Below, in pieces: positions 20,883 to 30,579 of a stretch of DNA of 64,000 nt (its first letter is position 1; every line of letters starts with the position of its first letter). The position numbers and the translations under genes are program-made. The notes under the pieces are model-generated. The model was not told where the DNA came from. It saw nothing but the letters and a program-made list of their open reading frames with translations, and did not search any database. This DNA comes from an uncultured beta proteobacterium (GTDB lineage Bacteria; Pseudomonadota; Gammaproteobacteria; Burkholderiales; SHXO01). The DNA is taken from assembly GCA_963741215.1 (NCBI GenBank), contig CAVUHQ010000039.1:69440-133439 (forward strand), in the 5' to 3' direction.

Positions 20883-23608
20883 ATGCTCAACCCCACGCCC
20901 ACGACCATCTACCTCAAGGACTACCGTCCGCCCGCGTTCCTGATTTCCACCGTCGATCTGGACGTGGACATCCAGGACGACTTCGCGCGCGTGACGGCAA
21001 GCCTTGCGGTCCGCCGCAACCCCAAGTCCGCCGATTCGAAAGCGCCGCTGGTGCTCTCCGGCGACGAGGTCGAGCTGGAGTCGATGGCGCTGGACGGCAA
21101 GCCGCTGCCGGCGTCGGCGTACGCGTCGATGCGGCGGAACTGAGCCTCGCCAACGTGCCGGACCAGTTCACCCTGACCACCGTCTGCCGGATACACCCCA
21201 GGCAGAATACCAAGCTGATGGGGCTGTATGCCTCGAAGGACGGCTACTTCACCCAGTGCGAGGCGGAGGGCTTTCGGCGCATCACCTTTTTCATCGATCG
21301 GCCCGACGTGATGGCGCGCTACACCACCACCATCCACGCGGACAAGCAAAAGTATCCGGTGCTGCTGTCGAATGGGAACCTGGTGGCGAGCGGAAGCAGC
21401 CCTCACCTACCCTCTCCCATACGTCGAAGACGACTCCCTCACCACCCTCTCCCGGAGGGAGAGGGAGTTACTGCTCGGAGACTATTTCGGCTCGGCATTG
21501 GGCACGCTGGGAGGACCCGTTCCCCAAGCCCTCCTATCTCTTCGCCCTGGTGGCCGCCAAGCTCGACAAGCTCGAGGATAGCTACGTCACGCAGTCGGGG
21601 CGCACGGTAAGCCTGCAGATCTACGTCGAGCCCGGCAAGCTGGACCAGTCGGGCTTCGCCATGCTGGCGCTGAAGAAGGCCATGCACTGGGACGAGGAGG
21701 TGTTCGGGCTGGAGCTGGACCTCGACCAGTACATGATCGTGGCGGTCGGCGACTTCAACATGGGCGCGATGGAGAACAAGGGGCTCAACATCTTCAACAC
21801 CAAGTACGTGCTCGCCCGTCCCGACACCGCCACCGACACCGACTTCATGCTCATCGACCGCGTGGTGGCGCACGAATACTTCCACAACTGGACCGGCAAC
21901 CGCGTCACCTGCCGCGACTGGTTCCAGCTCTCGCTCAAGGAAGGCCTGACGGTGTTCCGCGACCAGGAGTTCGGCGCCGACATGTACTCGCGCGCGGTGC
22001 AGCGCATCCAGGAAGTGCGCGGCCTGCGCGCGGCGCAGTTTCCCGAGGATGCGGGGCCGATGGCGCATCCGGTGCGGCCGCAGTCGTACATGGAGATCAG
22101 CAACTTCTACACCGCGACGGTGTACGAGAAGGGCGCTGAAGTCGTGCGCATGATCCACACGCTGATCGGACGCGCGAACTTCCGCAAGGGCATGGACTTG
22201 TATTTCCAGCGCTTCGACGGCCAGGCCGTCACCACCGACGACTTCGCCCAGGCCATGCAGGATGCGAGCGGCGTGGATCTCGCCCAGTTCAAGCGCTGGT
22301 ACGATCAGGCCGGCACGCCGGTGCTGGAGGTCAGCGGCACCTACGACGCGGACGCGAAGCGCTATACGCTCACCGTGAAGCAGTCCTGCCCGCCCAGTCC
22401 CGGGCAGCCCGACAAGCTGCCATTCCACATTCCGTTTGCCGTCGGTCTCGTCGATGCCGATGGCAAGGAGCTTCCGCTGCGGCTGGAAGGCGAAGCCGAG
22501 GCAGCAGGCACGACGCGCGTGCTGTCGCTGAGATCACCCGAAGCGCGCTACACCTTCGTGGACGTGGCGACAAAACCCGTGCCCTCGCTGCTGCGCGGCT
22601 TCTCTGCGCCGGTGCTGCTGAGATACGCCTACACCGACGGCGAGCTGACGCATCTGATGGCGCACGACAATGACGCCGTCAACCGCTGGGAAGCGGGACA
22701 GCGGCTCGCGCTCGAGATCGTGCTCGACGGCATCGCAAAGCAGCAGGCCGGCCGCCAGCCGGATTTTCCGGCGAGCTTCGTCGACGCCTTCGCGCGCGTG
22801 CTGGCCGATGGGCCCGCGGACCCGGCCTTCGCAGCCGATGCGCTGTCGCTGCCCTCCGAGGGCTACATCGCGGAGCAGATGAAAGTGGTCGACCCCGACG
22901 CCATCCACGCCGTGCGCGTGGAATTGCGCCGCTACCTGGCGCGATCGCTGCGCAGCCAGTTGCTCGCAACCTACGCGTCTCAGAACGTGACCGGACCATA
23001 CAGCCCGGACGCGGAAGCGGCAGGACGGCGCGCGCTGCGCAACCTGTGCCTGGGCTATCTCATGGAACTGGACGACCCCGAGATGCGCTCGCTCACCATG
23101 CGGCAGTTCACCGGCGCCAACAACATGACCGACGCCATGGCGGCGCTCTCGACCCTGGCCAACACCGACTGCGCGGAGCGCCAGGCTGCACTCGACGCCT
23201 TTTATGCCAAGTGGAAGGAGGAGCCGCTGGTGGTGGACAAGTGGCTCGGCGTGCAGGCGAGCTCGCGTCTGCCCGGCACGCTCGGCGAAGTAAAGCGGTT
23301 GCTGGTCGCACGAGGCCTTCAACATCAAGAATCCGAACAAGGTGTATGCGCTGATCGGCGGCTTCCGCGGCAATCAGGTGCGCTTCCACGCGGCCGACGG
23401 TGCCGGATACGCATTCCTCGCGGACCAGGTGATCGTGCTCGACGCCCTCAATCCGACAGTGGCGGCGCGCATGGCGCGCGGCTTCGACCGCTGGAGGAAG
23501 TTCGACACTGGACGGCAGGTGAAGGCGCGCCAGGCGCTCGAGCGCATCCGCGATGCGCAGGGGTTGTCGAAGGATACGTTCGAGGTCGTAACTCGCGCGC
23601 TGGCATGA
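20883..23608 (+). CDS. pepN: aminopeptidase N, frame breaks near 21125, 21400-21490 and 23305
   Basis: [12 protein letters not shown], the zincin motif [34 protein letters not shown], and collinearity with E. coli PepN through to the C-terminal [12 protein letters not shown]. Confidence 0.9.
21445..21465. repeat. perfect 9-bp-stem hairpin CCCTCTCCC-GGA-GGGAGAGGG inside an extra segment of pepN
   Basis: Read directly. It lies within about 80 extra nt between conserved [11 protein letters not shown] and [13 protein letters not shown]. Confidence 0.6.
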
Positions 23609-23684
23609 GGGTGATTTACGCACATTCTCAGGTTCGCGCGCCTGGCCGGGTGCCGCGCGATCGTTCAGGTCGGGATGAGTGCGG

Positions 23685-24155
23685 TCATTCCGCCTCGCCG
23701 TCCGCGCTGCCTGGCTGGAACACCGAGCGCAGCCACCGCGCCCAGGCCCAGAGCGCGAAGCAGCTGATCAGCACACCACCGATCCCGAACCAGATGCGGC
23801 CGCTCAGCTCGCTGCTGGCCGAAGAGGTGAACACCGGGCCGATCGACAACCCGCCGCTGAAGTGGCGCTCGCCGGGCCCGAAGGCGACCCAGTCGAATAC
23901 CGATGCGAACGCCGTGACCAGCAACCCGCCGAGGAAGCCGCGCAGTCTTATCCAGTCCTCCGGCAGCAGAACCAGCGTTCCTGCCATGGAGAAGGTGAAC
24001 CCGGCCATGAACACGACCCACTCCGGCGCATGCAGGCTGCCGGGCCTGGGCGTGATGAGGCCGGTGGCCACCGCCATGATCGGCAATCCGGCAACCACGA
24101 AGATCAGGCCCATGGCCAGCCGGCCGCCGGGGGTGAGTGGTGCGTCGTTAGGCAT
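23685..24155 (-). CDS. hypothetical integral membrane protein
   Basis: 156 codons from MPNDAPL with four hydrophobic segments. No family recognised. Confidence 0.5.
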   Translation of the reverse strand: MPNDAPLTPGGRLAMGLIFVVAGLPIMAVATGLITPRPGSLHAPEWVVFMAGFTFSMAGTLVLLPEDWIRLRGFLGGLLVTAFASVFDWVAFGPGERHFSGGLSIGPVFTSSASSELSGRIWFGIGGVLISCFALWAWARWLRSVFQPGSADGEAE

Positions 24156-24234
24156 GGTCAGCTTGCATGCGCGGCGTGTTACCCGACCGATGCAACATCC
24201 GTGCGCAGCTCTCCTGAAAATCGATACGGCATAG

Positions 24235-24990
24235 ATGACCATCCTCGCCCTGGCCCTGGACTTCGGACTGGGCGCCCTGATCGGCGCCTTCGGCGGGCTG
24301 TTCGGCGTCGGCGGCGGAGTGATCGCGGTGCCGGTGCTGGCGTTGCTATACGGCCTGGATCAACAGCACGCGCAGGGCACGGCGATGATGATGGTGGTCC
24401 CCAACGTGCTGCTGGGCCTGCGCCGGTATCGCCAGAAGGCCGCGATGGACAACCGGATGGCGCTGACGCTTGCTGCCAGCGCCATGGTCTTCACGCTCCC
24501 GTTCGCACTGCTCGCTACCCACGTGAGCTCGAGCGCGTTGCGCGCGGCCTTCGCCTGTTTTCTGCTGGCGCTTGGTCTGTTTCTCGCGTGGCGCCTGCTG
24601 CGCCGACCGGATGCGAGCTCCGCCGGTGCGAAGCTCGCGTGGGGCTGGTCGAGCCTCGTAGGTGCCATCGGCGGCAGCCTGTCGGGGCTGTTCGGGGTGG
24701 GCGGCGCGATGGTCGCCCCGCCCGCGCTCACCGGCTTGTTCGGCGTCACGCAGACGCAAGCGCAAGGTCTGGCGCTGGCGCTGGTGGCGCCCGGGACCGT
24801 GGTGAGCCTGCTCACATATGCCATGGCCGGCGACGTGGAGTGGCCCACTGGCATCGCTCTCGCCGCCGGTGGACTCACTACCGTTTCGGCGGGAGTGGCC
24901 CTGGCACACCGCCTGCCGGAGCGCACCATGCGGCTGCTGTTCTGTGCCCTGATGCTGGTTACCGCACTGGTGCTCGCGCTTCGGCGATAG
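24235..24990 (+). CDS. TSUP (TauE/SafE) family anion exporter permease
   Basis: Intact 251 aa. The glycine-rich repeats GAFGGLFGVGGGVIAVP and LSGLFGVGGAMVAPP are typical of the family. Confidence 0.85.
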   Translation: MTILALALDFGLGALIGAFGGLFGVGGGVIAVPVLALLYGLDQQHAQGTAMMMVVPNVLLGLRRYRQKAAMDNRMALTLAASAMVFTLPFALLATHVSSSALRAAFACFLLALGLFLAWRLLRRPDASSAGAKLAWGWSSLVGAIGGSLSGLFGVGGAMVAPPALTGLFGVTQTQAQGLALALVAPGTVVSLLTYAMAGDVEWPTGIALAAGGLTTVSAGVALAHRLPERTMRLLFCALMLVTALVLALRR

Positions 24991-25002
24991 CGAAGACCGG
25001 TC

Positions 25003-25311
25003 TTAGCGTCCTGAGTCACTAATTCGCGGCCGAAAACCGGACGAGAATCGGCCTCATGCGTTGTTGCGAATCCTCGCCAGGTGTTCAGCACCTGGACTGC
25101 GGTTCGCGCCTAGCCTGGATACCCGCTCCCGGGAGAGCCGACGCGCACGCGGGCCGCTGCTGCGGCCGATACGCAGGCCTGGCTGCGGATCGCGCCTAAC
25201 CACGACCAATTTCGCCGGTTTTCCAATCGCCTCCGAAAAGCTGGCCTAGTCACGAACGAAAACGTATCGCATGCCGTGATCTATCCCACGAACTAGTGAC
25301 TCAGGACACTA
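25003..25311. mobile_element. MITE-like element with 23-bp terminal inverted repeats
   Basis: Left end is TAGCGTCCTGAGTCACTAATTCG. The reverse complement of the right end is TAGTGTCCTGAGTCACTAGTTCG (21/23 identical). There is no ORF inside. The internal direct repeat is CTGCGGWTCGCGCCTARCC x2. Confidence 0.45.
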
Positions 25312-25515
25312 GCGCCGAGAGCGTTTCGGTTTGGTTGGCGCAGCGGCAGGCTTCGCCGGCACGACCTCCACCACTCCGCTATCCGACGGCGAGGCGTCCT
25401 GCGCCGGCGGCTCGAGCAGCGCAGCCATCAGCAACCGGTAGCGCAGCTCCGACGCGCTGCCGGACAGTGTGGTGGTCTCCGTCGGCACCACTTCGATCAG
25501 GTCTATGCAGGACAT
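25309..25515 (-). CDS. small hypothetical protein (68 aa) with a Lys/Arg-rich tail
   Basis: ORF with a plausible AAGGTG Shine-Dalgarno sequence upstream. No family recognised. Its stop codon is the outermost TA(G) of the MITE-like element. Confidence 0.3.
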   Translation of the reverse strand: MSCIDLIEVVPTETTTLSGSASELRYRLLMAALLEPPAQDASPSDSGVVEVVPAKPAAAPTKPKRSRR

Positions 25516-25869
25516 TTTTGTTTCACCTTCGCTGGTGTCGGCCGCGGAAGCCTGAAATGGGAAGCGGCGGCATCGCTATCTCTCGTTCAGTTGCGAACAA
25601 CGTGCCCGCGCCGATCTGGCCCGCCGAGCGGGAGCTTCAGTGGACCAGGGCGGATGAGCGGAGGCCGCGGCCCGACGAGCGGCGGCTGGACTCTCGTAGG
25701 CGGCGGAGCAAAGGTGCCGCGCCCGGGCCAACCTGATCCGAGCGCGACGGGTTTCCGTCATCCGGCGACGAGCCTCCGGCACGCTCGCGCGACACCTCCC
25801 CCATCGCAGGTTTGGAGCAGAATAGGCGCTGCACCCAGCGTTCACACCTGCAAGATGAAGGAGACTCCC

Positions 25870-26664
25870 ATGAGCGAAGCAACCGCTGTGAGTGGAGTAA
25901 CCCCATCCGCGCCTGCCGATCGAAAGGACAAGCTCGGTCTGCGTATCGCGACGGTTGGACTGGTGGTGGCCGTGATCTGCGCTCTGGCAGCGGTGTTGTC
26001 CGGCATCGGTTACCGCCTCGACCTGTGGCATTTCCGCACCGGCTTCGCCATTCTGCAGTGGGCTTTTTTCGGGGCGCTGGCGGCGGCACTGATCTCCCTG
26101 GCGGGGCTGATCGTGGGCCGCGCGGCCAAGCCCGCCGTGCTGCTCATCGGTCTGCTCGGGCTGCTGATCGGCCTGGTCACCGCTTATCTGCCGTGGAGCT
26201 ACAAGCGCGTCGTGAGCAGCCTGCCCTACATCCACGACATCACCACCGATGTGCAGAACCCGCCCGCATTCGTGGCGGCGGCGAAGCTGCGCAAGGAGGG
26301 CGATCATCCGGTCGCGTACGATGGTCCCGAGGTGGCGGCGAAACAGCAGGAGGCTTACCCGGATCTCGCCCCCTTTGTTACCAAAGCGCCGCAGGCTCAG
26401 GTGTTCGAGGCCGCGCGCAATGCTCTGACCGCTCTTGGGCTGGAGATCACCGAGGCCAACCCGGCCGAAGGGCGCATCGAAGCAGTGGCCACGACATTGC
26501 TCTACGGATTCAAGGACGACGTGGTGGTGCGGATTCAGGACACGCCGGAAGGCACACGGGTGGATGTGCGCTCGAAGTCGCGCGTGGGGCGCAGCGACCT
26601 AGGCGTGAACGCGAAGCGTATCCGGGCGTTCTTGCAGAAGCTCAAGGTCGCATTGCCTGCCTGA
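25870..26664 (+). CDS. DUF1499-like membrane-anchored protein
   Basis: Start MSEATAV follows an AAGGAG Shine-Dalgarno sequence. Three TM segments are followed by HDITTD...NPP and a C-terminal VRSKSRVGRSDLGVNAKRI motif. Confidence 0.7.
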   Translation: MSEATAVSGVTPSAPADRKDKLGLRIATVGLVVAVICALAAVLSGIGYRLDLWHFRTGFAILQWAFFGALAAALISLAGLIVGRAAKPAVLLIGLLGLLIGLVTAYLPWSYKRVVSSLPYIHDITTDVQNPPAFVAAAKLRKEGDHPVAYDGPEVAAKQQEAYPDLAPFVTKAPQAQVFEAARNALTALGLEITEANPAEGRIEAVATTLLYGFKDDVVVRIQDTPEGTRVDVRSKSRVGRSDLGVNAKRIRAFLQKLKVALPA

Positions 26665-26684
26665 AAGTCTTGTGCACCGGGCGC

Positions 26685-27477
26685 TCACGGCATCCGATGC
26701 TCGACGCCATACCGGGCGTAGATGCGCGTCACTGTGCCGTCTTTCAGGAGCCGATCCAGCACTTGGTTCACGGCATCGACCAATGCCTGGTCGGACTTGC
26801 GCATGCCGACCGCGACGCTCCATGCGAGTTGCGGCTCGTCGTCGTAGGCAGGAATGGAGCGGATGCCGGCTTCCGGATGCTGACGTGCGTAGTAGGCGAG
26901 CGTGGCGGGCGAGGCTGCAACACCGAACAGCTCGCCTTTGACCAGGTCGTCCAGCATGTCCTGCTCGAACGCATAGGGTGAAACGCTGATGCCGCGCTTG
27001 CCCAGCACCACGCTCGCCAGCGAGTTGATCATCACGCCGACCTTCTGGCCTTTGCGCAGGTCCCCGAAGCCGCGGATACCGTCCCCGCTAGGGCCGACTC
27101 CCAGGGCTACACCGGTGTACTGATAGGAGTGCGACAGCAACAGCCGTCCCTCGTATATGGACGGATCGTTGATGCTGTCGAGCAGGACGTCGCAGTTCAC
27201 CAGCGAGGCGCGACGGCGCGGCAGGATCCATTGCATCTCTAGGGATACGCCGAGCCCGGCAGCCAGCGCACGTCCCAGCTCGATCTGGAAGCCGGGCGGA
27301 TCGGCTTTCTCGCTGGCGTACGGCAAAGCGTCCGGATTGGCGCACAGCGAGATCGCGCCTTTCGCTTTGATCTCGGCCAGGGTACGGGCCTCGACGCTGG
27401 ACACGCCGGCCACCAGCGCAATCAACGAGCAGGCTGGCCGCAAGCGCGGCCGGAAATCGAAACGGAAGCAAGCTCAT
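26685..27477 (-). CDS. MoxJ/XoxJ-like periplasmic binding protein associated with PQQ dehydrogenase, one +1 frame break near 27420
   Basis: SBP type-3 fold motifs (ISLCANPDALPYAS and GFQIELGRALA). The signal peptide MSLLPFRFPAALAA is in a neighbouring frame. Length is 793 nt (3n+1). The ATGA start/stop overlaps the cytochrome gene. Confidence 0.75.
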
Positions 27478-27849
27478 GGGTCGACGTCGGGCGTAGGCTG
27501 CGAATGAAGGTCGACGATCTGGTGGATCTGCTCGTCGGTGAATGCGCCGCCGAACGCGGCCATGCGGCCGGGCTTGCCGTTCTTGATGCGGTTGAAAATC
27601 TGCTCGTCGGTGAGCTCGGTGCCCATCAGCTGCGGCCCTTTGCCGGCCTTGCGCCCGTAGTTCTCGTGGCAGAAGCCGCAGATGTTGCGGAAGGTGTTCT
27701 TGACGCTGAACTGCTGCTTGGGCGGCGCGCCTTCGCTGCTCTGCGCGGCCGGTGCTGGCGGCTTGGTGTCTGTTTCCGCTGCCAGGCTGCCTGGTGCAGC
27801 GGCCAGGCGTCAGCGCAGCGCAGGCCGCAATGAATGCATATCGGTACAT
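27474..27849 (-). CDS. small periplasmic c-type cytochrome (XoxG/cytochrome cL-like position), one +1 frame break near 27800
   Basis: Hand translation gives MYRYAFIAACAAL then ...KQQFSVKNTFRNICGFCHENYGRKAGKGPQLMGTELTDEQIFNRIKNGKPGRMAAFGG. There is a single CxxCH site. Length is 376 nt (3n+1). Confidence 0.7.
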
Positions 27850-27999
27850 GGACGTACGACTCTCGGAGGTTACGGAAGGTTGCGCCGAACCGCGCACGTG
27901 CAGGCTCAGTGCTGCAACCAACGAACGAAAGGCATTCTGGCCGACAGTAAAACGGCGGGGACATACATCCCCGCCGTCGAACCTCAAACTAAAGCCTGC

Positions 28000-29749
28000 T
28001 CACTCCAGCGCGAAGGCCTTCACTACGCCGGAGTCCTTCGGCATGCTCACCCAGGGCTCGCCCCACAGGTCGCCGTAGCCGTCGCTCACCAGGCTGCCCC
28101 AGCCGGTCTCGACCAGAATGTATTGCTTGCCTTTGGCCTTGTAGCTGATGATCCCGCCGTCGTGGCCTTGGCCATCGTTGTGGGTCCACAGCTTCTTGCC
28201 GTTGCTGGCGTCGTACGCCACCAGCGTGCCGTCGGCCTCGGGCACGAACAGCAGCCCGCCGCCGGTGGTCAGCAGGCTGGCATGCGGCGGGGCGGCCTTG
28301 GGCCCCTTGTACGAAATCTCGAACGCCACCTTGCCGGTGACCGGGTCGCGCGCACGAATGTGGCCGCGCAGCTGGTCGCCTTCCGGCGCTACGAACTTGA
28401 AGTCCGCGCCGATGTTGAGCTGTGCCATCGGCTCGAGCACCGGTTCGGTCCGCACCACTTCGAGGTCGATACACCATTCCCAGCCGACCTTGTAGAACAG
28501 CCCGGTCTTCGGGCTGTAGGAGCCCGAGTTCCAGCTGTAGCCCCCGGCGATCGACGGGCACAGGTTCTTGTGCTTGCCTTCGGCCAGGTCGCGCCGTCCG
28601 ATCAGCTCGCCGGTCTTGGGGTTGATGTCTTTGACGAAGTTGATGTTGTCTACACCCCGATACACGTTCTGGACTTTCACGTTGCGGTCGTAGACCCACA
28701 CCCAGCCGCTCTTGCCCGGCGTGCACCACGTACTTCTTGCCGCCCTTGTCGATCATCATGAACTCGCCGGGAGCCGAGTCGAAGTCCCACGCGTCGTGCG
28801 GGATTTCCTGATGGAACGCCTTGAGATTGCCCGTGTCCGGGTCGAGCAAGATGACCGAGGTCGTATACAGGTTGATACCCGGGCGCGGGCCTTCGGTTTG
28901 CCACTTTTCACCCGCATAGTCGTATAGAGGCGCCGGATTCCCGGTGCCCCACCAGACCGAGTTGGTCTCCGGATCGTAGCCGCCGGCCATCCAGCCGCCG
29001 CCGCCGCCCGTCTTCCAGGAGTCGTTGCCCCAGGTGTTGCGCGCGTCGGAGGGCGTTCCTTCGTTGCCGCCCACGGTGAAGAACGTCCACACCAGCGCAC
29101 CGGTCTTGGCATTCACGCCAAACATCGGACCGCGGTAGGGCCATTCGCCACCCTGCGCGCCGATGATGACCTTATCCTTCACCACCAGCGGGGCGCCGGT
29201 GAAGCCCACGGTGAGCTTCTCGGAGTTGACCAGCTTGGTTTCCCAGTTGAGCTTGCCGGTCTTCATGTCGATGGCGACCAGCTTGCCGTCCAGGGTGCCC
29301 ATGTAGATGTTGCCGTAGGCCGCGGCGATACCGCGGTTGTAAGGCGAGTGCGTCTGCTTGGCCACCAGGTCCTCGTTCAGCTTTTGCTTGTACGTCCACA
29401 GCATCTGGCCGGTGGCCCCGTCCAGCGCATACACCTGATTGTAGGAACTGGAGTAGTACACGATGCCGTCGATGGCCAGGGGGAAGCCCTGCAATCCGCG
29501 GTTGGCGCGCGAGGCCACGTGCGACCACGCCTCTTTGAGCTTGCCGACGTTGGCAGTGGTGATCTGATCCAGCGCGCTGTAGTGCCAGGACTTGTAGCCA
29601 CCGTGGTAGCTCATCCAGTTGCTGGGGTCCTTGTCCGCGTTCAGCAGGCGCTCGAAGGTGACATCGTCTGCGCATGCCAGCGTGGAAATGCCGAGAAGGG
29701 CCGCTGCTGCCATGGCCCCCGCGACGCCTTTGGGTTGCATCCTACTCAT
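28000..29749 (-). CDS. PQQ-dependent alcohol/methanol dehydrogenase, XoxF-like, one +1 frame break at about 28715
   Basis: An eight-bladed propeller with W-motifs, a signal peptide, and GGGGGWMAGGYDPETNSVWWGTGNPAP and PHDAWDFDS. The C-terminal part is in ORF 28000..28701. Length is 1750 nt (3n+1). Confidence 0.85.
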
Positions 29750-29764
29750 GAGTCTCTCCTTATT

Positions 29765-29794
29765 GACAACCGCTTTATTAGATTAGCGACAACC
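29765..29794. promoter_or_regulatory. direct repeat GACAACC-N16-GACAACC in an AT-rich patch just upstream of the PQQ dehydrogenase start
   Basis: Read directly. The repeat starts are 23 bp apart, 16-45 nt from the ATG at 29749. Confidence 0.3.
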
Positions 29795-29959
29795 TCATCT
29801 TGGCTTCGAGCCGGAGCTTCGACTGTGCGAGCCCGGATTTTTTATAGCTGCGCCCCCTGGGATTGCGGCCGCAGGGAGATGCCTCGCCGCGAAACGCCAT
29901 CTCATGCTCTGGGACCGGATTGGCTGAATAGCTGCAGGAGAACTACCCCAAACCGCAGG

Positions 29960-30325
29960 CGACGGATGTTACACCGATTCCGAGATCCCAGGCAGCGGCG
30001 GGAGCGCCAACTGGGCGGGCGAAGCGCGGCTCAGCGGCGGCCCTTCAGTACGCCGATGGGAAGCCTTGCGCACTGCCGCAAACGGTGCGGCGGACGGGCA
30101 GATGGGGCTGGAGAGCGCGGCAGCGCAGCGGATCTGCGCGTATTCAACAAAGGCTTCCGAAGGTTCGTCGACACGGTGCAGCATGGCAAGGACTCCGGCC
30201 GCATCATGACTATGCCGGCGTGGGGCGGCGTGCTCGACGAAAAGACCATTTTCCAGATCGGCGCCTATCTCGAGACGCTCGCGCTCCAAGGCGCGAACTG
30301 GAAGGAAGGCGTGGTAAACCGATAG
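29960..30325 (+). pseudogene. c-type cytochrome remnant (C-terminal part recognisable, haem site not readable in one frame)
   Basis: The ORF tail reads DLRVFNKGFRRFVDTVQHGKDSGRIMTMPAWGGVLDEKTIFQIGAYLETLA. The upstream TGCGCACTGCCGC region yields no intact CxxCH in any frame. Confidence 0.4.
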
Positions 30326-30342
30326 CAGGTCGCAGAAAAACA

Positions 30343-30400
30343 CCGTTCGCGATGATCCTTCGACTCCGGGCGCTGCGCGCCCTACGCTCTCAAGAAACAG
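30343..30400. repeat. solitary, diverged REP-like unit (CCGTTCGCG.TGATCCTTCGACTCCGGGCGCTGCGCGCCCTACGCT...)
   Basis: Matches the internal units of the elements at 33097, 43130 and 61714. Confidence 0.55.
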
Positions 30401-30579
30401 CATCGCGAACGATTTTGAATCAAGGATCTACAGAGACGCGCAAAACACCCAAACAGCACCCACAACTTGTTTCTTCACCTCGCCTTGCCCCGCCAGCGGC
30501 GGGCCTTAGTTGGCTCAGGACGAACGGATTTAGAGGTGTTTTCAATAGCCTGCTAGCTAGTGTCGTCGCCGGAAGGGAC

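Noticed and set aside
21439-22428. 329-aa minus-strand ORF
   Set aside because: It is antisense to the best-conserved part of pepN (GAMEN/HEXXH region).
23679-25022. 447-aa plus-strand ORF spanning the membrane-protein and TSUP genes
   Set aside because: It is an Arg/Pro-rich alternative frame. The TSUP frame (24235..24990) and the minus-strand membrane protein explain the region.
25591-25869. N-terminal 90-codon extension of the DUF1499-like ORF
   Set aside because: The extension is Arg/Gly/Pro-rich with no hydrophobic or conserved features. A good Shine-Dalgarno sequence and ATG occur at 25870.
25516-25869. Possible riboswitch or small RNA in the 350-nt untranslated region upstream of the DUF1499-like gene
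   Set aside because: It is GC-rich with several potential stems, but I recognise no known riboswitch core. That is not enough to call a feature.
28712-28720. Programmed +1 ribosomal frameshifting as an explanation for the uniform +1 breaks
   Set aside because: The ten junctions I could pin to a base share no slippery or stop-codon context (for example CGC-a-GGG, GTC-g-AAC, AAG-a-GCT, GAA-g-GTT). They occur up to ten times per gene, which is incompatible with known programmed sites.
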